64,000 bases of DNA from Chrysomallon squamiferum (lineage: Eukaryota; Animalia; Mollusca): positions 1,550,001-1,614,000 of the forward strand of contig CM022678.1 in the NCBI GenBank assembly GCA_012295275.1, given 5' to 3'. The notes below the pieces were generated by a model. It was not told where the DNA came from, did not search any database, and saw only the letters and a program-made list of their open reading frames with translations. Shown one piece after another: positions 1 to 12,422 of this stretch. Made by a program: the position numbers and the translations under genes. How positions within the stretch are numbered: position 1 is the first letter of the stretch; every line of letters begins with the position of its first letter.

Positions 1-100
1 CTGTTACGATACGTTCTTAGTAAATAAATTACGTTTCATCTAACCTAACAGTTACCTGAACTCGAGTACGTTCATCATTTTCTGAAGTGCAGAAAATAAG
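1..100 (+). other. Probable non-coding 5' exon of gene 1 (start not defined)
   Basis: Consensus donor AAG|GTAAGT at 100/101; next acceptor TGTTGCAG at 1374 precedes the ATG at 1399. Confidence 0.5.
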
Positions 101-699
101 GTAAGTTATATATATATATTATTAATGTATTTATTTATTATCAATTTACTTGAAGAAACTTTAATGTGCAATTTTTTTATATTTTAGTAATTAAAATCAT
201 AGTATATGTGATGACGTCTACAGACGCCATGATATTAAATAGCCAGTTTGTTTTGTTTTAAAAGCCACTGTAATACACTGATTACATCTATGACTATCTG
301 GTGGGAAGTACGACTGTTCTTTTATAATATATTTAGAACACTTTGTCTGATTTTTATCAACAGCAAGTCAAATATATAAAATTAGTAATTGATGATTCTA
401 ACATACTGCTTTCTGAGCATACACCTCAATTTTCAGTGTGTGTGTGTGTGTGTGTGTGTAACGAATTTCCAGTATATATCAACACACACTTTGATCTGTT
501 GTTTATACAGTAATTTAGTTTAACTATTTACATTTATTCACACCGACGCACACGCACATAAAAGAAGTTTATTATTTTCTTACAGTCGAATATTTTAAAT
601 GAAAACAACCACAATAACAAAACAATTTCGCACTCACCAAAACATATCTACAACTCATCAACAACCTTCACTCATCCCAGTCACTTCAGTTCAGCTTTT

Positions 700-885
700 C
701 ACTTCATTCTGTTCATCCCACCTCTCACTTCATACTATTCACCCCACCTGTCACCTCATTCTATTCACCCCACCTGTAACTTCATTCTGTTCACCCACCC
801 TCTCACGTCATTCTGTTCACCCCACCTGTCACCTCATTCTCTTCACCCCACCTGTCACCTCATTCTGTTCACCCCACCTGTCACT
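700..885. repeat. Intronic minisatellite, ~26-bp unit CACCTCATTCTGTTCACCCCACCTGT, ~7 copies
   Basis: Direct inspection of tandem units. Confidence 0.9.
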
Positions 886-1073
886 AAGTATGTACAAATT
901 TGTTTTTGAGTCTCTAAGGCCACACAGTCACGACGACACGTTCAAACAACTACTACCACCTCCCACATGATTTGCGACGTGTTCCGCTCTTCACTAATTC
1001 TTCAAACATTTACTCATGACGTTTGTTAATGTATGTAAAGGTACGGTGTGCAATTACTGAAAACAGCACGAGT

Positions 1074-1117
<44 letters not shown>

Positions 1118-1189
1118 CCATTAACAGCTTAATTCGTTCTATTCTGATATACGAGTCAAAAAAAGGTAGGGAACGAATTTATATTTATA

Positions 1190-1254
<65 letters not shown>

Positions 1255-1398
1255 GTAGTATAATTATAAATACTGCATTGAAATTACAGACAGATGTATA
1301 GACTAACAGACATAGACACACACACGCACATATTTTAAATAATAATCACACTTAAAACGTAATTGCTGTTGCAGAAGCTTACTGTTTGTAAAAGAAAG

Positions 1399-2163
1399 AT
1401 GTCGCAGCTGTCACGTGTTTGGACTAAGAAACGAATTCCTGACGACGAACTGGACGTCTTTCTGAACGGAAACCCCACCCACAGAACAGGACCGCAGCAC
1501 TTCCTGTACAAACCCAACCATGACGACAGTCTCGGGGCAAATGTCCAACCATCCACTTCCGGTGCGAAAAGTGCGAGACTTCAGAAATCGCGCCAGAATA
1601 AAACTGCGTTATTAGCAATAAGAGATCGAGACGGCGTTTACAAATCTTTGGACGCGAATTCTAAAATTCCCATTTCTCTGAGTCTTCCGATGGGGCCAGA
1701 CATTCATTATCGGGACTACGGGTCTTATAAACCGTATCACTCGTATGCTCCTTACAAACCAAATTCAGCTTGTCCCGTGGATCAGTTTAAACAAAGGACA
1801 AACTCTAAAAACAATAAAACAGTAAGAACAGTTAAGAAGACAACTTTCAAAGAAACGGAAAAAGCAGCCCCTAAGATTTCAAAACAAGAGAAAAAAGTTA
1901 CTGCCCAAGATAAAAAATTTAATGTTCAAGAAAAGGTTGCCATTAGCAACGGACATACAAACCTCATCCCACAGGAAGTCAGAGAGGAAAAGAAGAATTC
2001 AAGGGCAGATAATCACGTTGTGGAAAAACGGAAAGACAACGCTGTGACGTCAGAAAAGAAAACAGGATACTTTGACGACTACGTGACGAGTTGGAAACCG
2101 CTGAGCCTGCGACGAGCTGTGAACGCGTCGCTAGTTGGACGGGCCTGGAGACGCGTGTACGAG
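1399..2163 (+). CDS. Gene 1 coding exon 1, uncharacterised basic Lys-rich protein (MSQLSRVWTKKRIPDDELDVFL...RAWRRVYE)
   Basis: Long non-repetitive ORF (1363-2181), acceptor AG at 1373-74, ATG at 1399, phase-0 donor GAG|GTAAAC at 2163/2164; no recognisable domain. Confidence 0.7.
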
Positions 2164-3508
2164 GTAAACACACAAAACTAGAGTGAGTCTGGAGACGCGT
2201 GTACGAGGTAAACACACAAAACTAGAGTGAGTCTGGAGACGCGTGTACCAGGTAAACAAACAAAACTAGAGTGAGTCTGGAGGCGCGTGTAAACACACAA
2301 AACTGAGCGAGTCTGGAGGCGCGTGTAAACACACAAAACTGAGCGAGTCTGGAGGCGCGTGTAAACAAAGAAAACTGAGCGAGTCTGGAGGCGCGTATAC
2401 GAGGTAAACAAAGAAAACTGAGCGAGTCTGGAGGCGCGTATACGAGGTAAACAAACAAAACTGAGCGAGTCTGGAGGCGCGTGTAAACAAAGAAAACTGA
2501 GCGAGTCTGGAGGCGCGTGTAAACAAACAAAACTGAGGGAGTCTGGAGGCGCGTGTAAACAAAGAAAACTGAGCGAGTCTGGAGGCGCGTATACGAGGTA
2601 AACAAACAAAACTGAGCGAGTCTGGAGGCGCGTGTAAACAAACAAAACTGAGCGAGTCTGGAGGCGCGTGTACGAGGTAAACACACAAAACTGAGCGAGT
2701 CTGGAGGCGCGTGTACGAGGTAAACACACAAAACTGAGCGAGTCTGGAGACGCGTGTACGAGGTAAACACACAAAACTGAGCGAGTCTGGAGGCGCGTGT
2801 AAACACACAAAACTGAGCGAGTCTGGAGGCGCGTATACGAGGTAAACAAACAAAACTGAGCGAGTCTGGAGGCGCGTGTACGAGGTAAACAAACAAAAGT
2901 GAGCGAGTCTGGAGACGCGTGTACGAGGTAAACACACAAAACTGAGCGAGTCTGGAGTCGCGTGTAAACAAAGAAAACTGAGCGAGTCTGGAGGCGCGTG
3001 TACGAGGTAAACAAACAAAACTGAGCGAGTCTGGAGACGCGTGTACGAGGTAAACACACAAAACTGAGCGAGTCTGGAGGCGCGTGTAAACAAAGAAAAC
3101 TGAGCGAGTCTGGAGGCGCGTATACGAGGTAAACAAACAAAACTGAGCGAGTCTGGAGGCGCGTATACGAGGTAAACTAACAAAACTGAGCGAGTCTGGA
3201 GGCGCGTGTAAACAAAGAAAACTGAGCGAGTCTGGAGGCGCGTGTAAACAAAGAAAACTGAGCGAGTCTGGAGGCGCGTGTAAACAAACAAAACTGAGGT
3301 AGTCTGGAGGCGCGTGTAAACAAAGAAAACTGAGCGAATCTGGAGGCGCGTATACGAGGTAAACAAACAAAACTGAGCGAGTCTGGAGGCGCGTGTACGA
3401 GGTAAACACACAAAACTGAACGAGCCTGGAGACGCGTGTACGAGGTAAACAAACAAAACTGAGCGAGTCTGGAGGCGCGTGTACGAGGTAAACACACAAA
3501 CCTGAGCG
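2145..3508 (+). repeat. Minisatellite (~34 units of 43/44 bp and 36 bp) seeded on the gene 1 exon end and donor site
   Basis: Unit CTGGAGGCGCGTGTACGAG|GTAAACACACAAAACTGAGCGAGT; the first copy is the exon terminus itself. Confidence 0.95.
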
Positions 3509-3692
3509 GAGTTTAACCACACACACAAAGTCTGACATCCTGACATACTTGTCTGTGTCTGTCTGTGTATTTGTTTACTTGTCTGTGTCTGTCTGTGTAT
3601 TTGTTTACTTGTTTGTGTCTGTCTGTGTATTACTAAGGAAATACTAATACACACGTAAATTATGTTCAACGTCAACACACATGCAGTTAGTA

Positions 3693-4398
3693 CAATATTC
3701 CCTCGCTATTCGCGGGGGTTACGTTCTTTACCCCCCCGCGAATAGCGAAAAACCGCGAATATTGGATGCAGTTTTAAAACGTCTATTATGAGATTATATA
3801 CGGTACTAAATGCTTCCCAAACACTTTCTAAAGACACTCTTACTCATTAATACAGTAATAATGTAGTAATATTGCATGCAGTTATGTATTTCACTAATGT
3901 AGTAATGATAATGTAAACACATTTTAATTTTGTACTGAAACAATATTTTAATCAGAAAGAAATGTAAGTACATGAGGACAGTAACACCGCATAGCATAGT
4001 TACCCATACAGTATTACTGCACCGTAAAGTCATTTTCTATGCGTACAACATATGCATTAGAATTGACAGAAAGTGGAACAAATTTAAAGGCAAAACAGAC
4101 AGATAAATACAGTACGCACAGTTCAGGTAATAATATGCAATTAAAAACATTATTAATACACGGTCACAAAAAATATGCACTGTATATACAGTGTATGCAT
4201 TTATAAAAAAAATACGTACTGTATTGCAATAATAATTGAAAAAATTTGATATTGTTTGTGCGGTTTACCGAGCATTTGTTTTTATGACGTTATGACGCTA
4301 GCCTGGTATACCAGCATACGATGCGATAGGGTTAAGAGCCTAACCCGCGAATATGCGGGGCCGCGAATGGGGAACCGCGAATAGGTGAGGGTATACTG
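3693..4398. mobile_element. Non-autonomous Tc1/mariner (pogo/Tigger-like) MITE, ~706 bp
   Basis: Imperfect TIRs CAATATTCCCTCGCTATTCGCGG / CCGCGAATAGGTGAGGGTATACTG, TA on both flanks (3691-92, 4399-4400), subterminal CCGCGAAT repeats, no transposase ORF. Confidence 0.8.
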
Positions 4399-4430
4399 TA
4401 TACCTCCGCCATTTTTTTTTTTTTTTTCAG

Positions 4431-4499
4431 CAACATCCGGTTGGCGCGCGTGAAAGTATCAGACGTTCATTGAGGTGGAGCAGTGTTCTGGATTTCTGA
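4431..4499 (+). CDS. Gene 1 terminal coding exon (QHPVGARESIRRSLRWSSVLDF*)
   Basis: Strong poly(T)-CAG acceptor at 4430; continues the phase-0 frame of exon 1399-2163 to TGA at 4497-99. Confidence 0.6.
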   Translation, partial: QHPVGARESIRRSLRWSSVLDF

Positions 4500-4519
4500 T
4501 AACTGAGATTTAATGTTTT

Positions 4520-4737
4520 AAACAGCCAGTTTTACGTAATGTTTATTTATAGAATCAATAATGTAATCGGATCCCTGGACATGACGTCATTAAGGTTTTG
4601 CCATCCGAAACATTTACTGTTCACAAACAGCCAGTTTTACGTAATGTTTATTTATAGAATCAGTAATGTAATCGTATCCCTGGACATGGCAATGACGTCA
4701 GTAAGGATATGCCATCCTACACGCATACTGTTCACAA
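4520..4737. repeat. Two-copy ~105-bp direct duplication in the presumed 3' UTR of gene 1
   Basis: AACAGCCAGTTTTACGTAATGTTTATTTATAGAATC... occurs twice, each copy with TGACGTCA. Confidence 0.85.
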
Positions 4738-5422
4738 AAGATAAAGTGAAAAGTTTGACGGTTAAAGAAAATTTAATTTAGAAAAGTATTAGCTGGAAAA
4801 TGTATATGTTACTGAAATTTTTTATTTATCTATTTATTTGCTGCTTTTATTTTTTTATTTGTTTGTTTGTTTATGTCTATTTATGTATTTATGTATTTAA
4901 ATGATTTTCGTTTGTTCAGTTGTTTATATAACGGCTTTTTTTTTTTAAATTATTTATCATTGTTTATTTGTCTGTCTATTTATTTTACCTTTTCGTTTGT
5001 TTAGTCATTAATTAATTTGTTTGTTTATTTAACTTTTGTTTATTTGTTTGTTTATTTATTAGATACTTTAAAAAAAAAAAATTTTAAGCAGACAATAACA
5101 AACATAATCACGTAATAATTTATAAGTTTATTATTTTTGATAAATAAATAAATTTGTTACTTATTCTGGGTCATTTTTGTTGTTGTTGTTGTTGTTGTTG
5201 TCATTTTCTTCTTTCGTGTACTTAGGCTTCTTTTCTTCATATGATGCCTCTTCTTCACTTTCTCCATCTTTTTAAAATACAAATTGTATTACCCGAACAA
5301 CTTGTTAGATTTAATGGGAGACCAAGCTGGGACTTTGTTTGTTATAATTTAACTTTGTGCCATTACTGAGTAATTTGTGTATTTATACAGCGACATGGCA
5401 TTTATTTCTGTAATCAGTAGAT

Positions 5423-5423
5423 G

Positions 5424-5517
<94 letters not shown>

Positions 5518-5562
5518 TAATAATAATAACAAATAAATAAATAATAATAATAAATGATGATG

Positions 5563-5653
<91 letters not shown>

Positions 5654-5703
5654 TGATAATAATAATAATAATGATAATAATAATAATAATGTTAATGATA
5701 ATG

Positions 5704-5752
<49 letters not shown>

Positions 5753-5820
5753 TAATAATAATAACAAATAAATAAATAATAATAATAAATGATGATAATG
5801 ATGATGATGATAATAATAAT
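5423..5820. repeat. (AAT)n/(GAT)n microsatellite
   Basis: Direct inspection. Confidence 0.95.
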
Positions 5821-6283
5821 ACTATAAATAAAAAAACACAGAAACAAACAAAGAGATAAATAAAGAAAGAAAGAAAGAAAGAAAGAAAGAATAAGAATAA
5901 GAAAAAAGGACATCACTCAAAATAAACTAACAAGGGAAGTAACTCTAACAGCTATAATCAAAATGTTAATGAAGTTTTATAATTATAGTATTTAACTGTT
6001 GTTATACAGATCTCTCAAATTATGTTTTAACGTAATTTATTCTTTTTGTTTGTTTTGTTTGTTTTGTTTTGTTTTGTTTTGTTTTGTTTTCTCTAAAACT
6101 TAAAAATGAATGGTGGTTGCATTATTTGAAATGTAAATAAAAAAAATAATAATAAAAAAAAGAGTTTGAAATTTATTTCTGATTATTTTTATATAAATAT
6201 CATCGGTATGGAAGAGAAAATATAAAAATTAAAAAATTAATAAGTATGAATTGATCACTATCACATTTACGTATAGCAAAGAA

Positions 6284-6319
<36 letters not shown>

Positions 6320-6522
6320 AGAAGAAGAAAGAAAAGCAGTTAGAAATCAAATATGTAATAGGAAGGTTAAATTTTCTTCCGTGAAAGCTAGTTATCTCAA
6401 AAAGAAAAGAAAAAGTAAAGAAAATATTTTTGAAATGTTTTATTATCTACATAAAAAATATTAACGTACTAACAAAACAAGAAGAAAATAAAAAGTGAAA
6501 AATAAAATTAATACATAAACAG

Positions 6523-6557
<35 letters not shown>

Positions 6558-6969
6558 TTTCGTACGTACGACAAATTAAATAAAACAAAATAAATAATTT
6601 TCGTTTCGGTGAATGAAGAAGGAGCGCCTGTCCTTGTTTTTGGCGCCAAAAATTAGTGGCCATTCAGTGACGCAGACGTAGTAATTCCGCCAGTGTGTGT
6701 AACCACCCGGAAAACAGGTCAAGCGTGGCCGTGAACGGAGACGAGTATTGAAAAAATGTTTTAGCATACGTAGCTGACTCATCCCATTAAATTTAATGCG
6801 GTCGTCTTCTACGAGGAAAAATCGATGTCGTGGTTGAGGTAAGCAGAGGTGAGTCATGTTCTGACGCGCGATAATGGAGATAGAGATATTTGCATTAATA
6901 ATAAAAAATAAAAATAAAAATAAATGAATAAAAAGACAAAGATAATAAAATAATAATAATAAATAATAA

Positions 6970-7005
<36 letters not shown>

Positions 7006-7006
7006 C

Positions 7007-7062
<56 letters not shown>

Positions 7063-7610
7063 ATCTTTTATATATATATAAACCTCGAACATAATAAAAA
7101 AAATTCAGTTCTGCTCCTAAACTTTTTTTTTTTAACTTATCTTTTGATACCGCTGGCTTATAAAAAATCTATGATACACAATATACAAGCAAGAACATAA
7201 AAAATAACGCCGTGTCATTCTAACAAATAATTATTTATTTATTCATTCATTTCGACGCGTCACTGAAACTGGTGTCGGACAGTTTGCTACGCCTAACAGT
7301 AACTGACCTGGAGAATGCGGATGTCCGACAGTCGGCAGGAGTGGTTTCCGAACAATAACGTTGACTTTGTCACCTGATCCGAGTGCACACGAATTTGAAC
7401 GAATCCGGGTACACTTGGGTGTCTTGTACTTTATCGTTCAGAAATTTTTTTTGTCTTTTTTTTTTTTTTTTTTTTTTGTTACTTGTTATTCAGGTGTATA
7501 TGTGCGTTTGAAAAAGTATTAGTATTTTTTTTTTGTGTGTGTGTGACTGTCGATTATGCTTTGTCATTCTGCAATTTATTCAGATAATTAACCAAATCAA
7601 AACAATTATA

Positions 7611-7655
<45 letters not shown>

Positions 7656-8065
7656 CACATATACATATAAACATGATTATATTTCTATGTAAGGTTTATG
7701 TTTGTATCGTGATGTACTATAGCAATAATTGACTTTAATTGGTTTGTTTTTCAAGATGTATAAGATAAGATTACATATTTCGATAACAAATTAAAGTTCA
7801 AAAAGAGGCTGGGAGTGGGTCGGGTTGTTAAGTAGGTGTTTTTCTTGGTCAGTGGAGGGTTAAAACCACGTGACCTTTCTGTCAACCGGTCACTCCTAGT
7901 TCAATGAACTCTTAAAAAGTCGTGGAAATTTTTTTAAAATTTATCTTTAATAATAATAATAATAAACTGTAGAATTTGTAATAGTTATATGTATGTACGT
8001 ATGTATGTGTACATTTTTGTACGTATGTATGTGTACATTTTTGTACGTATGTGTGTGCACATGTG

Positions 8066-8104
<39 letters not shown>

Positions 8105-8450
8105 ATGTATTTATATATAAATACACAAGTTCTTTACGGTTTCTGAATACAGTTTCATCTAAAGAAAAAAAAAAAAAAAAAGAAAGAAATAAAGAGAAAA
8201 TAAAAGATGCATGTTTATACATTATTAATAAGTTCCGCGTTCTTTAAACCTGTGAACAAATCTCTAACTATTTTTTGCCTTCAGTTATTATATTATTTCC
8301 TTCTTTATACTACATAATAAAATAAATCATAACATAAATAAAAAAATAAAAAAATAAATAAATAAAAAACAACTCTTTGATTCGTTATTCAATCGATGTC
8401 CGCGAGGGTTTTCTGTTTTCTAACTGATCAGGCATTTCCGAGAAACGCGC

Positions 8451-8525
8451 TGACGTCACTTCCGGTTTTGGTGCAGGTCACGATGTCTGGTTATACCTGT
8501 GTCCGGGTCGGTCGCGCGTATAAAT
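8451..8525 (+). promoter_or_regulatory. Promoter of DLH paralogue 1: overlapping CRE/ETS motif and TATA box
   Basis: TGACGTCACTTCCGG at 8451-8465 and TATAAAT at 8519-8525 in a CpG-rich patch, ~30 nt upstream of a short exon ending in CAG|GTAAGT. Confidence 0.65.
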
Positions 8526-8549
8526 TACCTACAAACACAATACCTGGCT

Positions 8550-8574
8550 CACACACCTGTCAGCAATCACACAG
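8550..8574 (+). other. Non-coding first exon of DLH paralogue 1 (TSS approximate)
   Basis: Donor CAG|GTAAGT at 8574/8575; matching acceptor TTCCAG at 9511, 20 nt before the ATG. Confidence 0.6.
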
Positions 8575-9246
8575 GTAAGTTGTATGAGTTAGAGAAACGT
8601 TTTTCTCAATTCATATATTGTTAGACAGTTTGCGTGCTTTTGTTTATAACTGTAGATAGATAGATAGGTAAGCATATAAATAACTAAATATATAAATGAT
8701 TTTATATAAATAAAAAATGAATGAATGAATAGTAGTAGTAACAGCAGCAATAATGGTAGTATTGCTAACAGAATGTTAATAGATGTAGTAATAATAGTAG
8801 TAGTAGTAGTAGCAGTAGTAGTTGTAGCGATAGCTAATAGTGATACTTGTGTAGTTATAATAATAAAATAAAACAGAACAAAATAAATGTAACGTTAGTT
8901 ACATACAGAGTATTTGATTTTATGTTTAATATACTAATTTAATGTGATGTTTAAACGTCAAAATGTTGTTATTGCTGTTGTTGTTGTTGTTAGTTAGTTT
9001 CTGGTGGTCTTGTTTTTGTTGTTGTTGTTGCTATTATTGTAGTAGTTGTTGTTGTTGTTATTTTTATTATTATTGAAAGCATACCTATTACCGTTTTTGT
9101 AACTTTTAACTAACAGTGTTATTTTTACAGGTTAAAATGTTAATTATTATGTTAGGCTGATCCAGGTATTATGAATTATGACTTTTATAATGCATTGTTA
9201 CCGAAATGTAATGAATAATTGTGTCAGTATCAAATTAGTTTTATTT

Positions 9247-9280
<34 letters not shown>

Positions 9281-9348
9281 TGTTTGTGTTTGTGTGTGTG
9301 TGTGTGTTTGTGTGTGTGTGTTTGTGTTTGTGTGTGTGTGTTTGTGTG

Positions 9349-9379
<31 letters not shown>

Positions 9380-9380
9380 T

Positions 9381-9412
<32 letters not shown>

Positions 9413-9531
9413 CTAATTCAGTATACTTAAAGAGTTGTGTGTATCAAATGACAGTCCCTAGAAAACGAATTATTAATGTTATTATTATTCTGTTATTTAT
9501 TTGCATTCCAGACTGAACTGAAGCTAACAAA

Positions 9532-10230
9532 ATGGCTTTCGCCAAAGTAAGCGGACTGATCAACATTCCGTCGCAAAACAAGAAAGGCGCGGTCCCGGCC
9601 GTGCAGTTCGGCAAGCCGGGGGTGGACTCCAAAGTGGGCGTGGTCGTCCTGCAGGAATGGTGGGGACTGAACGAACAGATCCAAGAGGAGGGCCAGCTTA
9701 TCGCGAAGATGGGAAAGTTCGTCACGATTGTTCCCGATCTTTACCGAGGCGAAAAGGCGATCGACAACGAGAAAGCCGGACACCTCATGAACAACCTCGA
9801 CTGGCCGGGCGCCGTGGAAGACATCCGCGCATGCGCAAAGTACCTCAAAGAGAAAGGCTGCAAGAAAGTCGGAGTCACCGGTTTCTGTATGGGGGGAGCT
9901 CTGGCCATGGCGGCTGCTGCTATGGTTCCGGAGGTGGACGCGTCGGCGCCATTTTACGGGATTCCAGGAGACGATTTGTGCGACATTTCCAGCATCAAGA
10001 TTCCTCTGCAGTGTCACTTCGGCTCCAAGGACGCCATGAACGGTTTCACGGGCCCAGACGACCAGAAGAAGATGAAGGAGAAACTGGACAAAGGAAAAGT
10101 CGCCTACGAGTTCCACGCCTACGAGGCAGGCCACGCATTCACGCACAAAGGAGGCCCCAACTTCCACCAGGAGTCCACCGATCAGTCGCTACGACGCATG
10201 TGCGAGTTCTTCCAGAAACACCTTTCGTGA
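9532..10230 (+). CDS. Dienelactone hydrolase family protein (carboxymethylenebutenolidase / Usf-like), paralogue 1, 232 aa, intronless CDS
   Basis: Motifs VVVLQEWWGLN, PDLYRG, GVTGFCMGG (G-x-C-x-G nucleophile elbow), HFG.KD and GHAF; AATAAA at 10666. Confidence 0.93.
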   Translation: MAFAKVSGLINIPSQNKKGAVPAVQFGKPGVDSKVGVVVLQEWWGLNEQIQEEGQLIAKMGKFVTIVPDLYRGEKAIDNEKAGHLMNNLDWPGAVEDIRACAKYLKEKGCKKVGVTGFCMGGALAMAAAAMVPEVDASAPFYGIPGDDLCDISSIKIPLQCHFGSKDAMNGFTGPDDQKKMKEKLDKGKVAYEFHAYEAGHAFTHKGGPNFHQESTDQSLRRMCEFFQKHLS

Positions 10231-10874
10231 TTGGTTCGTTTTACCGGAAGTGAACACTGATTATCAAACAGTTTTTGAATCGATGACTGGTTTCCGCTGT
10301 TAAAAACTGTAAACTAAAAAAAAAAAAAAAAAAAAAATTAATCCGAAGATAAAATTCTAAATGGAATTTATACGAGTGAAAAAAAAAGAAACCGTCGCAC
10401 AAATTATCAAGAATTTCTTCGTTTTTGACTGCTTAGAGTTTTTTTTTTTAGTAACACACTTAACTAATTTTAGGGCTAAAATCCTCGTGAAAGTTTTGTC
10501 TTTGAGTAGGTCTTTGAAATCCATGCGATATTTAAAATCAGGGTCACGTGGTCACATCAGTATTTTTTTATGTCGTAGTTTAAGAATATATTTTTTTATT
10601 TTCTACTGACTGTTATTTGTTTTGTTCTGTAGTAACAAAGTGTGCATTTAACACTGTTGATGTTTAATAAATTTTCTATCTGTCAGTTAGTTGTGTTATC
10701 TTGTTTTTAAATTCAACAGTAAAAAAATCAAAGAGGATTTTCATTTTGATTTTATATTTTACCTTATAAATTAAAAAAAATAATAATATGAAAAAAATTA
10801 ATATAATTATGTCTGAATCGTTTTCCAAAAATAATCATTTTTTTTTGTCTGTCTTTGCCTCTCCAATATTCTAT

Positions 10875-10990
<116 letters not shown>

Positions 10991-11399
10991 GATAAACGGT
11001 TCATGAAACAAACAAATAATTTTGCGTTTTATATTTTAGACATAAACTGAACACACGGCTAATCCCTGTTTTGTACTTCAAAATTTATTCTTTTATTTGT
11101 TTTTACTGTAAAGGAAAATAAATATTTGTGTATGAGTGTGTGTGTCTGTGTAGGAGCGTTTGTATGTGTATATGCATACTTATATATGTGTGTGTGGGTA
11201 GAAAAAAAATCAAATCAATTTTTAAACTTGTTTTTTAATGGTATTTACATTACATCCATCCATTCATATTAACTTTATACAAGTAAAGGGACGTTACTCC
11301 AACAGCTTCCATGAGCTAAAGCACATATTATTTTCAGTTAGCAGCATTGAATTTTCTTTTATTTATTTATTTATTTATTTATTTATTATTATTATTATT

Positions 11400-11434
<35 letters not shown>

Positions 11435-11523
11435 TATTATTATTATTATTTATTATTATTACTATCATTATTATTATTATTATCGGTATTGTTATTGTTA
11501 TTATTATTATTATCATTATTATT

Positions 11524-11558
<35 letters not shown>

Positions 11559-12381
11559 TAGTATTATTATTATTATTATATGTGTTTTGTGATTGACAGG
11601 AAAATATATTACACTTTCGTTTAACTGCCAAAAATAATTTCTTTTTAATTTGCTTTGCCACACGAAAACACAAAAACATTTATTTTTTGCAACAAGAAAT
11701 CTTGTCCGTGAATCTTCAAACTGACAGAAAAATTTTGATTTTCAAAAGGAATATTTTATATGCTAATTGGACAAGATGGAACATTTGTAAACAGTTGTTT
11801 TTAATACATGACTGTGCTGAAGAGAATTAGTCTAGAGAACACGACGAGAAACGCTGATCACGTGATCAGCCATCAATCAATACTTAGCCACGGAGCGTGT
11901 CAAATGAAGACTGAAAGCGAGGCTGTCTTGTTTGCTAAAGGTGTAGTTCGTGTGCGTTGAATAAAAAAAATCCAGAAAAACGTTTTATTTGAAAGTTTAT
12001 GTAAACACAGTTAATGTGTTAAGTAGAATCAGCAGGGTTTATGTTTGAACAGAATAATGTTTGTTTGTTTGAAGGAGACGTCCGGTCTGATTTTTTCTCG
12101 ATTTTTTTCAGTTTTGCTCTTCATCTATTTCTTTTTTTATTTCTTTTTTGGCTTTTTTTTTTGTTATATATATATAAAAATATAAAACTCGTGAAAACTG
12201 TCAAAGAAAAAAAGGAATAAAACAACAAAACAACATAATAATTAACTATTTTAATAAACCAAATATGTTTTATCTAAATTACTATTAAAATATTAAAAAA
12301 AAAAAAAAAACAAAAAAAAAAAAAACGCCAAACCCAGACAAAATAAAAAATAAAATTAAAAAACATTAAGGATATAAATAA

Positions 12382-12422
<41 letters not shown>

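Noticed and set aside
599-970. 123-aa ORF
   Set aside because: Largely the 26-bp minisatellite inside the first intron of gene 1
2178-3678. Long minus-strand ORFs of 320-470 aa in three frames
   Set aside because: They are translations of the 36/43-bp minisatellite, which lacks stops on that strand; periodic peptide, no gene structure
6576-7049. 157-aa minus-strand ORF
   Set aside because: N-terminal part is microsatellite; the rest has no recognisable motif or convincing splice sites
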